A DNA stretch of 64,000 bases, taken from assembly GCA_047602405.1 (NCBI GenBank), contig JASGHJ010000001.1, positions 1,952,001 through 2,016,000 of the forward strand, given 5' to 3'. The stretch's first letter is position 1. Every line of letters begins with the position of its first letter. The notes beneath the pieces were generated by a model, which ran no database searches, was not told where the DNA came from, and worked only from the letters and a program-made list of their open reading frames with translations. Of the stretch, positions 1-10,139 are shown one piece after another. The translations under genes and the position numbers were made by a program. Origin of the DNA: Anaeromyxobacteraceae bacterium. GTDB taxonomy: Bacteria > Myxococcota > Myxococcia > Myxococcales > Anaeromyxobacteraceae.

Positions 1-219
1 CGCGAACGCGCCCGCGCCGATGCCGGTGAAGACGACGACGTTGACGGGCTCCCAGATGCCCCAGGTGAACCCGTCGGTCATCATCGACACGGGGCCGATG
101 CCCACCGCGAAGCGGTAGATCATGACCACGGCCGCGACGCCGAACACGGCGAGCAGCTTCTTCATGAGCGGGTCGAGGAGAACGCCCCCGATCGCCTTGG
201 GATGCTCGTGCGCGCTCAT
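1..219 (-). CDS. hybB: Ni/Fe-hydrogenase 2 membrane subunit (NrfD/HybB family), 5' part; runs off window
   Basis: Manual translation MSAHEHPKAIGGVLLDPLMKKLLAVFGVAAVVMIYRFAVGIGPVSMMTDGFTWGIW...; ATG overlaps the hybA stop (TAATG). Confidence 0.8.
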   Translation of the reverse strand, partial: MSAHEHPKAIGGVLLDPLMKKLLAVFGVAAVVMIYRFAVGIGPVSMMTDGFTWGIWEPVNVVVFTGIGAGAFA

Positions 220-1206
220 TACTTGCCCTCCCCGTGGGCTTCCTTGTCGCTGTTCTTCTTGATGACGAACGCGAGGCCCGCGTACAGCGCGATGGGCGTG
301 ATGCCGTACAGGTACGGCGCGTGGGAGACGCCCTCGGAGAAGGCGCCGCTCGACTTCGCCGGCAGCTCCGGCAGGCCGAGCTGCTTGAAGTTGACGCCCG
401 TCGGCGCGAGGTAGAGCACCTGGGTGCCGCCGCCCTCGGTCTCGCCGTAGATGTGCGGGTTGTACTTCTTGGGATTCCGCCGCCTGGCGCGCCTTCGCGA
501 TCGCGAGGAGCTCCTTGCGCGTCCCGTAGATCACCGCCTGGGCCGGGCAGACCTCGCAGCAGGCCGGGTTGGCGACCGCGTACGCGGTCCCCTTCTTCTT
601 CTCCGGCTCACGGCGGTGGTTGCACAGCTCGCACTTCACGATGAGCGGGATCGGGTCGTCCCACTGGAACTTGGGGACGTTGAACGCGCAGCCGATCTGG
701 CAGTAACGGCAGCCGACGCAGAGCCCGCGGTCGTAGATCACGATCCCGGTGCCCTTCACCTCGGCGTACGGGCGGTCCTCGTGCTTGAAGAGGTCCCGCT
801 TGCCGTGACCCTCCTTGTGGAGCGCGCCCATCATGCAGACGGACACGCAGGAGGGATCCACGCAGTGCATGCACTGCTGCTTCATGTAGGCGTGCTGGTC
901 GCCGTCGACGAAGGCCTTGATGATGTTCTTCGTCGAGCCGTTGAGGTCCTGCGGCGCGTCGTAGACGCCGCCCTCGAAGGCGGCGTCCTTGCCCGCGGGC
1001 GTGACCTTGTCAGGCGGCAGGTTGTTGCTGACCTTGCACGCGGACTGGCAGGCGCGGCAGCCGACGCACTTGGTGGCGTCGAAGAGCATGCCGACGGCAT
1101 CCTCCTCGACCTCGTGCGTGTGCCGGGCCTCCGCGACGACGGGCAGGCTGGCGGCCGCGCCAGCGACCGCCGCTCCCTTCAGGAGGTCTCTCCGTGAGAT
1201 CGACAT
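219..1206 (-). CDS. hybA: Hydrogenase 2 4Fe-4S ferredoxin subunit; +1 frameshift at ~475 (likely sequencing error)
   Basis: Tat signal SRRDLLK; CVGCRAC, CMHCVDPSC, CVGCRYC and KCELC...PACCEVCP clusters; C-terminal TM segment in ORF 219..419. Confidence 0.88.
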
Positions 1207-1209
1207 GGA

Positions 1210-2317
1210 CTACTCCTTCTTGTCGTCCGCCGAGAGCTTCTTGGAGGTCGCGACGCCCATGCCGGCGATCACGCCGACCGCGGCAGCGCCAACGCCCACC
1301 GCGACCGTCGCGGCGCCGTTGCCGAGCACGCCGTGCTCGGGGTTGATGGCCGGGTAGGCCATCGGGGCCGTGGGGTTCGCGATCGGCATGTTGGTGTAGA
1401 TCGGCACGTTGAAGACGATGCCCTGCTCGGTGCAGCCGACGCAGGGGTGGCCGATGCCGATGGGCCACGCGCCGGGCATCTCGCAGAAGTCGAGCAGCGA
1501 GCAGTTGGCGTGGGTCTGGGGGCCCTTGCAGCCGAGCTTGTAGAGGCACCAGCCGGCGCGGTGACCCTCGTCACCGAACGCCTGCGCGAAGCGGCCGTTG
1601 TCGAAGTGGGCGCGGCGCGGGCAGTCGTCGTGGATCACGCGCGCGTACGCGAACGTCGGGCGGCCGAGCTCGTCGAGCTTCGGCAGCGTGCCGAACGTCG
1701 CGAACTGGAGCACGGTGCCGAGCAGGTTGTACGGGTTCGCCGGGCAGCCGGGCAGCGTGACGACCGTCTTGCCCTTCAGGATTTGCGGGGCGCCCGTCGC
1801 GCCGGTCGGGTTCGGCGCCGCGGAGGGCACGCCGCCCCAGGAGGCGCAGGAGCCGATCGCGATGACCGCGGCGGCCTTCTCGGCCACCTTCTTCAGCGTG
1901 TCGACGGCCTTCTTGCCGCCGACCTGGCAGTAGATGCCGCCGTCCTTCTCCGGGATGGCGCCCTCGACGATGAGGACGAAGCCACCCTTCTCCATCGCGG
2001 CCTCGAGGTTGGCCTCGATTCTGGTGGCCGGCCGCCGCGTGCAGCGTCTCGTGGTAGTCGACCGAGACGAGGTCGAGCACGAGCGAGCCCACGTCGGGGT
2101 GCGCGGTACGGAGCAGCGACTCCGTGCAGCCCGTGCACTCCTGGAAGTGCAGCCAGACGACCGAGGGCTTCTTACCCTTGGCCACATTCTCCGCCATCTT
2201 CTCGCCTGCCCAAGCGGGGAGGCCGACGGCGGCTGCTGCGGTGGTGCACACCTTGATGAAGTCTCGGCGGGAGACGCCCTTGGTCTCCAGCTCGGGGATC
2301 ACGGCAATAGGGTCCAT
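1210..2317 (-). CDS. hybO: [NiFe]-hydrogenase small subunit; +1 frameshift at ~2019
   Basis: Tat SRRDFIKVC, ECTGCTES, GSCASWGG, PGCP, HDDCPRR, CLYKLGCKGP, HPCVGC motifs; C-terminal TM anchor. Confidence 0.9.
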
Positions 2318-2478
2318 TCCGTCCTCCGGGTGCGCGGAGACTACCGGGTCGAGTTCAAATTGCAACGCCGCAAAATTCGGGAATTTTTCGGCTCCCGGAG
2401 GACGCAAAGTCTTCGCGCGACACTCTGTCGCAGCAAACCCCGGGTGCATGAGCGAGCGCCTCGCACATCCGGATTTCG

Positions 2479-2492
2479 TTGATCACGGTCAA
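2479..2492. promoter_or_regulatory. FNR/CRP-family box in the hyb / peptidase divergent region
   Basis: TTGATcacgGTCAA, 9/10 match to TTGAT-N4-ATCAA. Confidence 0.55.
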
Positions 2493-2780
2493 GCACACCA
2501 ATGACGGCGCGCAAGAATCGGCACATCGTGGACCGGACGGGCCAATATTGACCCTTCGCGTCCGCAACATTTTTGCGTCACCCCGGATGGGCAGAAAATT
2601 CGACCCTGCGCCCGCGGCGCGAGGCGCGAGGCGCGATCACGCACCGGCTCGCACCCACCGCACGGGTCAGCCCGCACGGCGGTCCCGGGCGCGCGACGAC
2701 CGACGCACCGTCGAGATTCTCAGTCAGTGAACGAGGGGACAGCGCTGCGCGCGTCCCGCGCCCGCGCTACACCGTGGGCC

Positions 2781-4427
2781 ATGCTCACCCTCCTCGCCGC
2801 CCTCGCGGTCTTCGCCGCGCCGCTCCCCGGTCGCGCCGCGCTCGAGCGCGGCGCCGCGCGCTTCGCCCCCGTGGACCTCGCCGTCGACCTCCGCGCGCTG
2901 CCGCCCGGCGAGCGCGCCGCGCTCGCGAAGCTCGTGCTCGCGGGCCGCGAGCTCGACGCGCTCTACCTGCGGCAGGCCTGGGCCGGAAACCCCGGGCTCG
3001 TGCGCGCGCTCGCCGGCGACGCGAGCCCGCTCGGCCGCGCGCGGCTCGCCGCGTTCCTGCGCAGCCAGGGCCCCTGGGACGCGCTCGACGGCACGCCGCT
3101 CGTGCCGGGCGTGCCCCCCGCGCGGCCGCCCGAGGCGAGCTACTACCCGGCCGGCGCGACGCGCGAGGAGGTGGACCGCTGGCTCGCCACGCTCGAGCCC
3201 GCCGCGCGGGAGGAGGCGATGGGCTTCTTCACGGTGCTGCGCCGAACGCCCGCGGGCGGGATCGCGGTCGTGCCGTACGCGGTCGAGTACCAGCCCGAGC
3301 TCGCCCGCGCCGCCGCGCTGCTCCGCGAGGCCGCCGCGCTCACCGGGGACGCGAAGCTGCGCCGGTTCCTCGAGGCGCGCGCCGCCGCGTTCCTCTCGAA
3401 CGACTACCAGGCCTCCGACGTGGCCTGGATGGAGCTCGACGGCGCGGTCGACCCGACCATCGGGCCCTACGAGACCTACGCCGACGGCTGGTTCGGCGCC
3501 AAGGCGGCGTTCGAGGCCTTCATCGCGGTGCGCGACGACGCCGAGACCGCGAAGCTCGCCCGCTTCGCCGCGGAGCTGCAGGGCATCGAGGACGCGCTGC
3601 CCATCGACGCGGCGCTCAAGAACCCGAAGCTCGGCGCGATGGCGCCGATCCGCGTGGTGAACGAGCTCTCCTGCCACGGCGAGGCGTCCGGCGGCGTGCA
3701 GACCGCCGCCTACAACCTCCCGAACGACGACCGCATCGTGAAGGAGAAGGGCGCGAAGCGGGTGATGCTGAAGAACGTCCAGCGCGCGAAGTACGACGCC
3801 GTGCTCGTGCCCATCGCGAAGGTCGCGCTCTCGCCCACCGACCGCGCGAACCTCGCCTTCGATCCCTTCTTCACGCACATCCTGATGCACGAGCTCGTGC
3901 ACGGCCTCGGGCCGAACGCGATCGTCCTCGGCGGCCGCGCCACCACCGTGCGCGCGGAGCTGCAGGATCTCTACGGCACGCTCGAGGAGGCGAAGGCCGA
4001 CGTGGGCGGCCTCTTCGCGCTCGCGAAGCTCGCCGACGAGGGAAAGCTCGACCCGTCCTACGCGCGGACGCTCTGGCCGACCTACGTCGCCGGGATGTTC
4101 CGCACGCTGCGCTTCGGCACCGGCGACGCGCACGCGCGCGGGATGGCGCTCCAGATGAGCTGGTTCGAGGACGCCGGCGCGATCCGCGCCCGGCCCGACG
4201 GCACGTTCGCGGTGGACGCCGCGAAGGCGCGCGCCGCCGCGACGTCGCTCACCCGGGAGATCATGACCATCCAGGGCAGGGGGGACCGCGCCGCCGCGAA
4301 GGCGCTGCTCCAGAAGCACGCCGCGATCCGCCCCGAGGTGAAGCGCGTGCTCGACCGGCTCGGGGGCGTCCCGGTGGACGTCGCCCCGCGCTTCGTGACC
4401 GCGGACGCGCTCCTCGCGGCGCCCTGA
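2781..4427 (+). CDS. Secreted peptidase M49 (dipeptidyl peptidase III family)
   Basis: Signal peptide; IGPYETY, AYNLPND, HELVHGLG and EEAKAD motifs. Confidence 0.85.
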   Translation: MLTLLAALAVFAAPLPGRAALERGAARFAPVDLAVDLRALPPGERAALAKLVLAGRELDALYLRQAWAGNPGLVRALAGDASPLGRARLAAFLRSQGPWDALDGTPLVPGVPPARPPEASYYPAGATREEVDRWLATLEPAAREEAMGFFTVLRRTPAGGIAVVPYAVEYQPELARAAALLREAAALTGDAKLRRFLEARAAAFLSNDYQASDVAWMELDGAVDPTIGPYETYADGWFGAKAAFEAFIAVRDDAETAKLARFAAELQGIEDALPIDAALKNPKLGAMAPIRVVNELSCHGEASGGVQTAAYNLPNDDRIVKEKGAKRVMLKNVQRAKYDAVLVPIAKVALSPTDRANLAFDPFFTHILMHELVHGLGPNAIVLGGRATTVRAELQDLYGTLEEAKADVGGLFALAKLADEGKLDPSYARTLWPTYVAGMFRTLRFGTGDAHARGMALQMSWFEDAGAIRARPDGTFAVDAAKARAAATSLTREIMTIQGRGDRAAAKALLQKHAAIRPEVKRVLDRLGGVPVDVAPRFVTADALLAAP

Positions 4428-4552
4428 CCCGCGGGCCGGGCGCCGGGACCCTGCGGGCGAGGCCCCGGCGGGACGCCCCTCGTCTCCGGCCCGCTGCGCG
4501 GCCCCAAGCTCCCGGCCCACGGGGTGGAAACCGGGAGGCACCCCGGCTAGGC

Positions 4553-4566
4553 TTGATCGCCGTCAA
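4553..4566. promoter_or_regulatory. FNR/CRP-family box upstream of hemerythrin
   Basis: TTGATcgccGTCAA, same half-sites as the box at 2479; ends 24 nt before the ATG. Confidence 0.55.
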
Positions 4567-4590
4567 GTCGACGGCCCTCGAGGAGAAACC

Positions 4591-4995
4591 ATGGCGAACG
4601 GGCAGCCCAGCGGGCGCGATCTCTCGGTCGGGAACGACGTCGTCGACGGAGAGCACGGCGTCCAGGTGCAGCTCGTGGACGCCCTGCAGGCCGCGCTCTC
4701 CGGCGGCAGCGACCGCGCCGCCGCGGGCGAGCTCCTCGACCGCCTCCTCGTCTTCAGCGACATGCACTTCGGGAGCGAGGAGCTCCTGATGCGCCTCCAC
4801 TCCTACCCGCGCTACCGCGTGCACGTCGACGAGCACCACCGCCTGCTCGACACCCTCCGCGAGCTCGGCGGCCGCATCGGCCGCGGCGACGGCGCGGGGC
4901 CGCTCGTCGAGGACCTCCGCCGCTGGCTCGTCGGGCACATCACGGGCATGGACCGCGACTTCGCGAACCACGCCCGGGAGTTCCCGGGGGCGTGA
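4591..4995 (+). CDS. Bacteriohemerythrin
   Basis: DGEH...HFGSEE...HVDEH...HITGMD di-iron ligand pattern; GAGGAG RBS. Confidence 0.9.
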   Translation: MANGQPSGRDLSVGNDVVDGEHGVQVQLVDALQAALSGGSDRAAAGELLDRLLVFSDMHFGSEELLMRLHSYPRYRVHVDEHHRLLDTLRELGGRIGRGDGAGPLVEDLRRWLVGHITGMDRDFANHAREFPGA

Positions 4996-5044
4996 GGTCC
5001 TCGCGCCAGTCGGTGTCCCGGTGACCGCTCTGCCTGCAAGAACC

Positions 5045-5096
5045 GCTCGTCCTGAGCGTAGGCCTGCCGCAGGCAGGCCGTAGTCGAAGGACGAGC
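5045..5096. repeat. REP-like branched palindrome
   Basis: GCTCGTCCT...AGGACGAGC outer stem with inner GGCCTGCC-GCA-GGCAGGCC; CCTGAGC...GTCGAAGG layout is typical of proteobacterial/myxobacterial REPs. Confidence 0.6.
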
Positions 5097-5180
5097 CCCC
5101 GTCGGCAGACGTCACCCTGGGGGCTCGACGCGCCCCCGCGACGCCGGCCGGCTGCGTCGGTCCGTGTATGGTGCAGACGC

Positions 5181-5771
5181 CCGGAACCGGGGCCGCTGCG
5201 ATCGTTCGGGCCGCGGCAGGCCTGCGGTTGAGTTGCGGGTGACGGCACAGCGCGCTTCGCGCGCCATGCCGTCACCCGCCCACATCCCTTGGCCTGCAAT
5301 CGCTAGGATCCTGGAGACGTGGAGAGCCCGACCTCCGCCGGCCGGCGCTGCGGGGGCACGTCTCGCCTCCGGGGCGTGGCGGACTGCGGTCGGCCGATGG
5401 TGCTGGGTGGCGAGTGATTGACTGATGGTGGAGAAGCTGCGGCGGGTGATGGATGCTGCAGATGAACGCGCAGCAGGTCGCCCAACGCCAACGCCACCCG
5501 GTCGGTCGCTGTGCGCAACACCACTCCATTAGTCGTTCATCAGCACCCGGCATCAACGGCCGACCGCAGGGCGCTACCCCCGAGAGCCAAACGGGCCTCC
5601 GCAGCAGCGCGCAGCGAGCGACGGGCGAGGTACCGTCTCCACGTCTCGCATTGCAGGCCAAGGAACCATCGCGCGAGGACGGCGCCGTGCGCGCAGCGCA
5701 CGACGCCGTCACGCGCACATGGTCCGCAGGCCTGCTGCACGATCACCGCCGTGGAACGGCAACGGTTCCGG
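5181..5771. repeat. ~590-bp imperfect inverted repeat (fold-back), centre ~5476
   Basis: Collinear complementary blocks 5181-89/5763-71, 5216-27/5724-35, 5287-300/5650-63, 5314-25/5636-47, 5384-96/5557-69. Confidence 0.85.
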
Positions 5772-5846
5772 CGATCTGTTCCGTCTCAAACCCGTCCGAG
5801 CAAGCGCTGTCGCGGAGGCCCGTTTGGCTCCCGCGGATACAGCTGC

Positions 5847-8800
5847 CTACGGCTTGCCGGACTTCTTCGGAGCAGGAGCAGTAACCGGTGCAGTAGCCGG
5901 TGCAGGTGCAGGAGCCGGTGCAGCGGTCGGTGCTGCCGACGCGGGAGGGAGCTTCGCGAGGCGGCGCTGCGCGAGGACGTGGGCGTCGGTCGGATCCGGG
6001 GCGCCGTCGACGGGCTCCGCCTGGACGCGGGCGTAGATGGCGCGGGCGGCGTCGGTGAGGCCGAAGCCCTCGGCGGTGCGGCCCACGACGTACCAGTCGG
6101 CGCCCTGCAGCGGGCGGGTGGGGCCGACCGAGCGGAGGAAGATCTCGCGGGCCTCGGCCGGGCGATCGAGCTCGGCGTAGACCGCGGCGAGCGTGTTGAG
6201 CGAGGCGTGGTTGTCGCGGCCGCGCTCCTGATCCACGGCGCGGCGGGCCCAGTCGAGGGCGGCGGGGGTGGCGCCGCCGCGGAAGAGCTCGAGCCAGGCG
6301 GCGTTGTTGTAGGCGAGCGGGGTCGCCTGGCCCGAGTCGATGAGCTGCCGCCACGTCGCGGCGGCGCCGTCGAGGTCGCCGGCCAGCAGCTGGGAGGCGC
6401 CCAGCGCGGAGAGGACCTCGGCGTCGCCCGGGAGGCGGGCGAGCATCGCCTGGCCCGCCTTCGCGAGGTCGGCGGGGCGCTTCAGGCGCTGGAGCGCCCA
6501 GGCCTTCGCCGCGAACGCGCTCCGCAGCGACGGATCCTCGGCGAGCAGCGCCTCGGCGGTGGAGAGCACGAGCTCCGCCTTGTCGGCGCTGCGCGCGGCG
6601 CGCACGAGGGCGAGCGCCACCGCGCGGCGCTCCGGGCCCGCGGGGGCCTTCGCGAGGAAGCCCTCGAGCGCCGGGATCGTGGCGCCCTTGCGGTCGGCGA
6701 AGGCGAGGAGCGCGCTCGCGGCGCGGCGGACCGCGTCGGCGTCGGGCGCGTCGCCGGCGAGCGGGCGCCAGAGCGGGGCGAGGATCGAGGTGGGCGAGGC
6801 GGGATCGGGATCGGGGCCCGCGTCCTCGCGGGCCCAGGTCACGAGGCGCGCGGCGGTGGCGAGGTCGCCCGCCTTCGCGCGCAGGAGCGCCTCGTCGGCG
6901 AGGATGGGCCAGGCGAGGTCGGTCGCGAGGAGCCGCACCTGCCCGCCCTCGCGCACGAGGTACGCGGTGGAGCCGCGCTCCGCGGGGGTGAACGGGAAGC
7001 GCATCCGGACCCGCAGGACCTTCGCGAGGTCGCCGTCGCGGGAGAGCTCGAGCCGCGAGAGGACGAGGTCGAGGAGCGCGTCCTTCGGCATGCCGGTCTC
7101 GTGCAGCGTCTGCTGCGCCGAGGCGACCGGCACGGGCAGGTTGGCGCGCAGGACGTCGGCGAGGTCGGAGGCGAGCACGCGCGGCGAGAGCAGGGGCGCG
7201 ATGGCCTTCATCGGCTGGTGCTCGGTGAGCGCCACGACGAAGAGCCGCTTCGCGAGCCTCTCCGCCTCGTCGCCCGCGTCGCGGGTCTTCTCCCACGGGC
7301 GGATCTTCGAGAAGTCGTCGGCCTGGGCGCGCAGCTCCGCGGCGTTCGGCGCGCCGCGGGCGGCCTCGCGCAGCAGCGCCGCCGCGACGTCGAAGCGGCG
7401 CAGCCGCACGAGCCACGGCGCGGCGCCGCGCAGCGCCTCGCGCCGGTCCTCGCCGAGCCCCTCCGCCTCCGCGGCGGCGCGCTCGGCGCCGTCGGAGGCC
7501 GCCACCGCCGCGACCAGCACCGCGTTCCGCTCGGCGCCGGCCTTCACGTCGCGGGCGAGCGCCCGCGCGTCGGCGAACCGGCCGGCCGAGAGGTCGGCGG
7601 CGGCGAAGGCCACGTCGGAGTCCTTGAAGGAGAGGTCGTCGCGCAGGGCGCGGTACTCCTCGAGGGCCGCCGGGAGGTCGGCGCTCGGGCCGTGGCGGGT
7701 GCCGTCGGCGCCGGTGGCGAGCAGCTCGGCGAGCGCGGCGCGGCCGCCCGCGTGGCTCGGGTCGAGCGTCCTCGCCTGCCGGTAGGCCGCGATCGCGCCG
7801 TCGCGATCGAAGCCCGGACCGTGGAGGCGGCCGACGGCGTCGTGCTCGAGCACGTAGCCGAGCACCCGGTGCGCCCACGCGCGCCGGGGTTCGAGCGCGA
7901 TCGCGTCGCGCGCGGCCAGCAGCGCCGCGTCGCCCATCCCGAGCTGCAGGAGGGCGACCGAGAGGTGCAGGCGGTGGGCGGCCTCGCGCGGGTGCGCGGC
8001 CGAGAGGCGCTTCAGCTCGGCGAGCCCCTCCTGGACCTGGCCCGCGGCGAGCAGCGCCGCGGCCGTCCGCTCGAGCTTCACCCGTGGGCCGTCGCCCGCG
8101 ACGACCTCGCGCGCGCGCTTCAGGAGCGCGGTCGCGTCCGCCGCCGGGAGGCGCCGCGCGCCGGTGTCGAACGAGAAGGTCGCGGTGATGGTGCCGTCGG
8201 CCTCCACCGCGAAGCGCCGGGTGTAGGTCGCGGGGCCGAACCGCTCGGTCCCCGACTCGGGCAGCGGCCGCGGCCGGAAGCCGTCGGGCGGGAACACCCG
8301 GTACCGGACCTCCCAGCGGTAGGCGAGGGGCAGGAGCAGGTCGGTCTTGCGGGGCGGAGGCGGGGGCGCGTCGGCGGCCTCGCCGTGCGGCACGACCGAG
8401 AGCAGCGGCTGGAAGATCGAGTCGGGCGTGACCGGCAGATCGGCCTCGTCGTCCTCGGTGAGGACCGCGGCGCTCTCGTCGGCCTCGACGCGGACCACGA
8501 GCGGGGCGGCGGGCTCGTCGGCCCCCTTCACGTCGGCGCCGAGGAAGGTCTCCGCCCGGAAGACGCCGAGCGCGTAGCGCTGGTCGACGTCCGGCCCGGC
8601 CTCGCCGCGGAAGCGCCGCTCGCCGTCGGCGAGGGCGCCGGTGAGGGTGCGGGTCTCGACGATGCGGCCGCGGCCGACGGTGGCGAGGTGGAGCTCCCGC
8701 ACGGTGACGGCGGCGTTGTCGGCCGACGTCGAGACCGGCGTCCGCGCGAGCTCCTTCGTGCCGGGCGCCGCGACGAGGGCGAGCTTCCCCTGGATCGGCG

Positions 8801-10031
8801 GCGGCAGCCGGCCGGGCGGCGTGGAGGGGTCGGTCGCGTCGAGCCAGAGGGCCGGGCCGCCGTCGACGCGCACGACCACGTGGTCGAGCTCGCCGAGACC
8901 CGGGAGCTCGGCGGTGAGGTCGTGCCACTCGGTGGAGAGGAGCGCGAGCCGCGCCTGCAGCCCGGCCGCGCGGAGCATGCCGAGCACGAGCAACGAGAGG
9001 TCCTTGCAGTCGCCGAACCGCCGCGCGAGCGTATCGGCCGGCCGCGCGGGCACGATCGCGGCGTCGCCGAGCTCGAGCCCGGTGTAGCGCGCGTGCTGCC
9101 AGACCCACGCCGCGACCTTGCGCACGATCGCGTCCCGGTCCTTCGCCGGATCGGGGCGGGGGCCGGGCCCGAGCGCCTCGGCGAGCGGCCCCGCGAGGTC
9201 GGCGCCGGCGAGCTGCCGGTCCGCGAGCGCGCCGTAGCGCTCGGCGACGTCCGCCCACGAGCGCCCCCAGCCGAAGGCGACGTACGGGGACGGGGGCAGC
9301 TCGGGCGGCCCCGCGGGCTCGGGGCGCGTCGCGCCCTGCACGTCGCGCTGCTCGAAGGCGAGGGTGCGCAGGCCGTTCGTGGTCTTCTCGACCGGGGTGA
9401 GCTTCGTGCCCTTCGCGACCCAGCGGAGCGGCAGCGAGGCGGGCGCCTCGAGGCGGAGCCGCACGAGCCGCGCGGGCCCGCCGCGCCCGAGCCAGAAGCG
9501 GGTCGTGACCCCGCCCTCGAACGCGGGCCCGGTGTCGCGCACGCTCGTCACCTCCTCGATGACGGAGCCCGCCCGCACGCCGGGGAGCGGGCCGACGAGC
9601 GCGCGGCGGTCGGAGAAGCGGTCCGGGTCGTCACCGCCGATGCCCTGCTCGGTCAGCGTCGCGGGGTCGAGCGCGGCGGCCTCGCCCTTCGGGGAGATCA
9701 CCCGCACGCGGACGTCGGGGGGGGCCTGGTGCCACGGCGACCAGGCCCGCTCGAGGCGCGAGAGGGCTCGGGCGGCCTCGGCGGTGACCACCCTCACGAC
9801 GACACGGTAGGTGAAGGTCTGGGCGCCGTTCGCCTCGAACCGGTAGGTGCCCTCCTCGAGCAGCACCTCCGCGCCCAGGCCCCGCGGGGCCGGGAGCGCC
9901 TCGGCGGCCGCGGCGATCGCGCCCGGGTCGGCCGAGAACGGCTCGCCCTCCCAGGGGCGGCCGGCCGGGGGCGCGGCGGCGAAGGCGGCGAGGGGCAGGG
10001 CGAGGGCGGCGACGGCGAGCGTGCGGATCAC
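5847..10031 (-). CDS. Secreted DUF3857 + transglutaminase-like + TPR protein
   Basis: GTG start with signal peptide; GDCKD, DHVV and LDAT Cys-His-Asp triad; TPR-like helices; Pro/Ala tail. Confidence 0.85.
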   Translation of the reverse strand: MIRTLAVAALALPLAAFAAAPPAGRPWEGEPFSADPGAIAAAAEALPAPRGLGAEVLLEEGTYRFEANGAQTFTYRVVVRVVTAEAARALSRLERAWSPWHQAPPDVRVRVISPKGEAAALDPATLTEQGIGGDDPDRFSDRRALVGPLPGVRAGSVIEEVTSVRDTGPAFEGGVTTRFWLGRGGPARLVRLRLEAPASLPLRWVAKGTKLTPVEKTTNGLRTLAFEQRDVQGATRPEPAGPPELPPSPYVAFGWGRSWADVAERYGALADRQLAGADLAGPLAEALGPGPRPDPAKDRDAIVRKVAAWVWQHARYTGLELGDAAIVPARPADTLARRFGDCKDLSLLVLGMLRAAGLQARLALLSTEWHDLTAELPGLGELDHVVVRVDGGPALWLDATDPSTPPGRLPPPIQGKLALVAAPGTKELARTPVSTSADNAAVTVRELHLATVGRGRIVETRTLTGALADGERRFRGEAGPDVDQRYALGVFRAETFLGADVKGADEPAAPLVVRVEADESAAVLTEDDEADLPVTPDSIFQPLLSVVPHGEAADAPPPPPRKTDLLLPLAYRWEVRYRVFPPDGFRPRPLPESGTERFGPATYTRRFAVEADGTITATFSFDTGARRLPAADATALLKRAREVVAGDGPRVKLERTAAALLAAGQVQEGLAELKRLSAAHPREAAHRLHLSVALLQLGMGDAALLAARDAIALEPRRAWAHRVLGYVLEHDAVGRLHGPGFDRDGAIAAYRQARTLDPSHAGGRAALAELLATGADGTRHGPSADLPAALEEYRALRDDLSFKDSDVAFAAADLSAGRFADARALARDVKAGAERNAVLVAAVAASDGAERAAAEAEGLGEDRREALRGAAPWLVRLRRFDVAAALLREAARGAPNAAELRAQADDFSKIRPWEKTRDAGDEAERLAKRLFVVALTEHQPMKAIAPLLSPRVLASDLADVLRANLPVPVASAQQTLHETGMPKDALLDLVLSRLELSRDGDLAKVLRVRMRFPFTPAERGSTAYLVREGGQVRLLATDLAWPILADEALLRAKAGDLATAARLVTWAREDAGPDPDPASPTSILAPLWRPLAGDAPDADAVRRAASALLAFADRKGATIPALEGFLAKAPAGPERRAVALALVRAARSADKAELVLSTAEALLAEDPSLRSAFAAKAWALQRLKRPADLAKAGQAMLARLPGDAEVLSALGASQLLAGDLDGAAATWRQLIDSGQATPLAYNNAAWLELFRGGATPAALDWARRAVDQERGRDNHASLNTLAAVYAELDRPAEAREIFLRSVGPTRPLQGADWYVVGRTAEGFGLTDAARAIYARVQAEPVDGAPDPTDAHVLAQRRLAKLPPASAAPTAAPAPAPAPATAPVTAPAPKKSGKP

Positions 10032-10139
10032 GCGCGCATTCTGTCGGGCATCCGCCCCGCGCGCCACCGCCCGGCGCCGGGCGCGGCGCCGAACGGGGCG
10101 GTTGCACGCAGGCCCGGAGCGCGGTAGGGAGCGGCCCCC

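Noticed and set aside
2353..2372. Possible sigma54 promoter for hyb
   Set aside because: GG-N10-GC spacing is not met
2395..2415. GGACGCAAAG resembling a c-di-GMP-I riboswitch core
   Set aside because: Lacks the GCAAAC...GAAA P2 stem and lies on the wrong strand for hyb
5868..5935. GGAGCA/GGTGCA repeats resembling the four-helix-bundle arms
   Set aside because: They encode the Pro-Ala tail of the DUF3857 protein
5511..10127. Very long alternative-frame ORFs (1538 aa here; also 28612..33747, 39505..42237 and others)
   Set aside because: Shadow ORFs of high-GC genes: Arg/Ala/Pro-rich and without motifs
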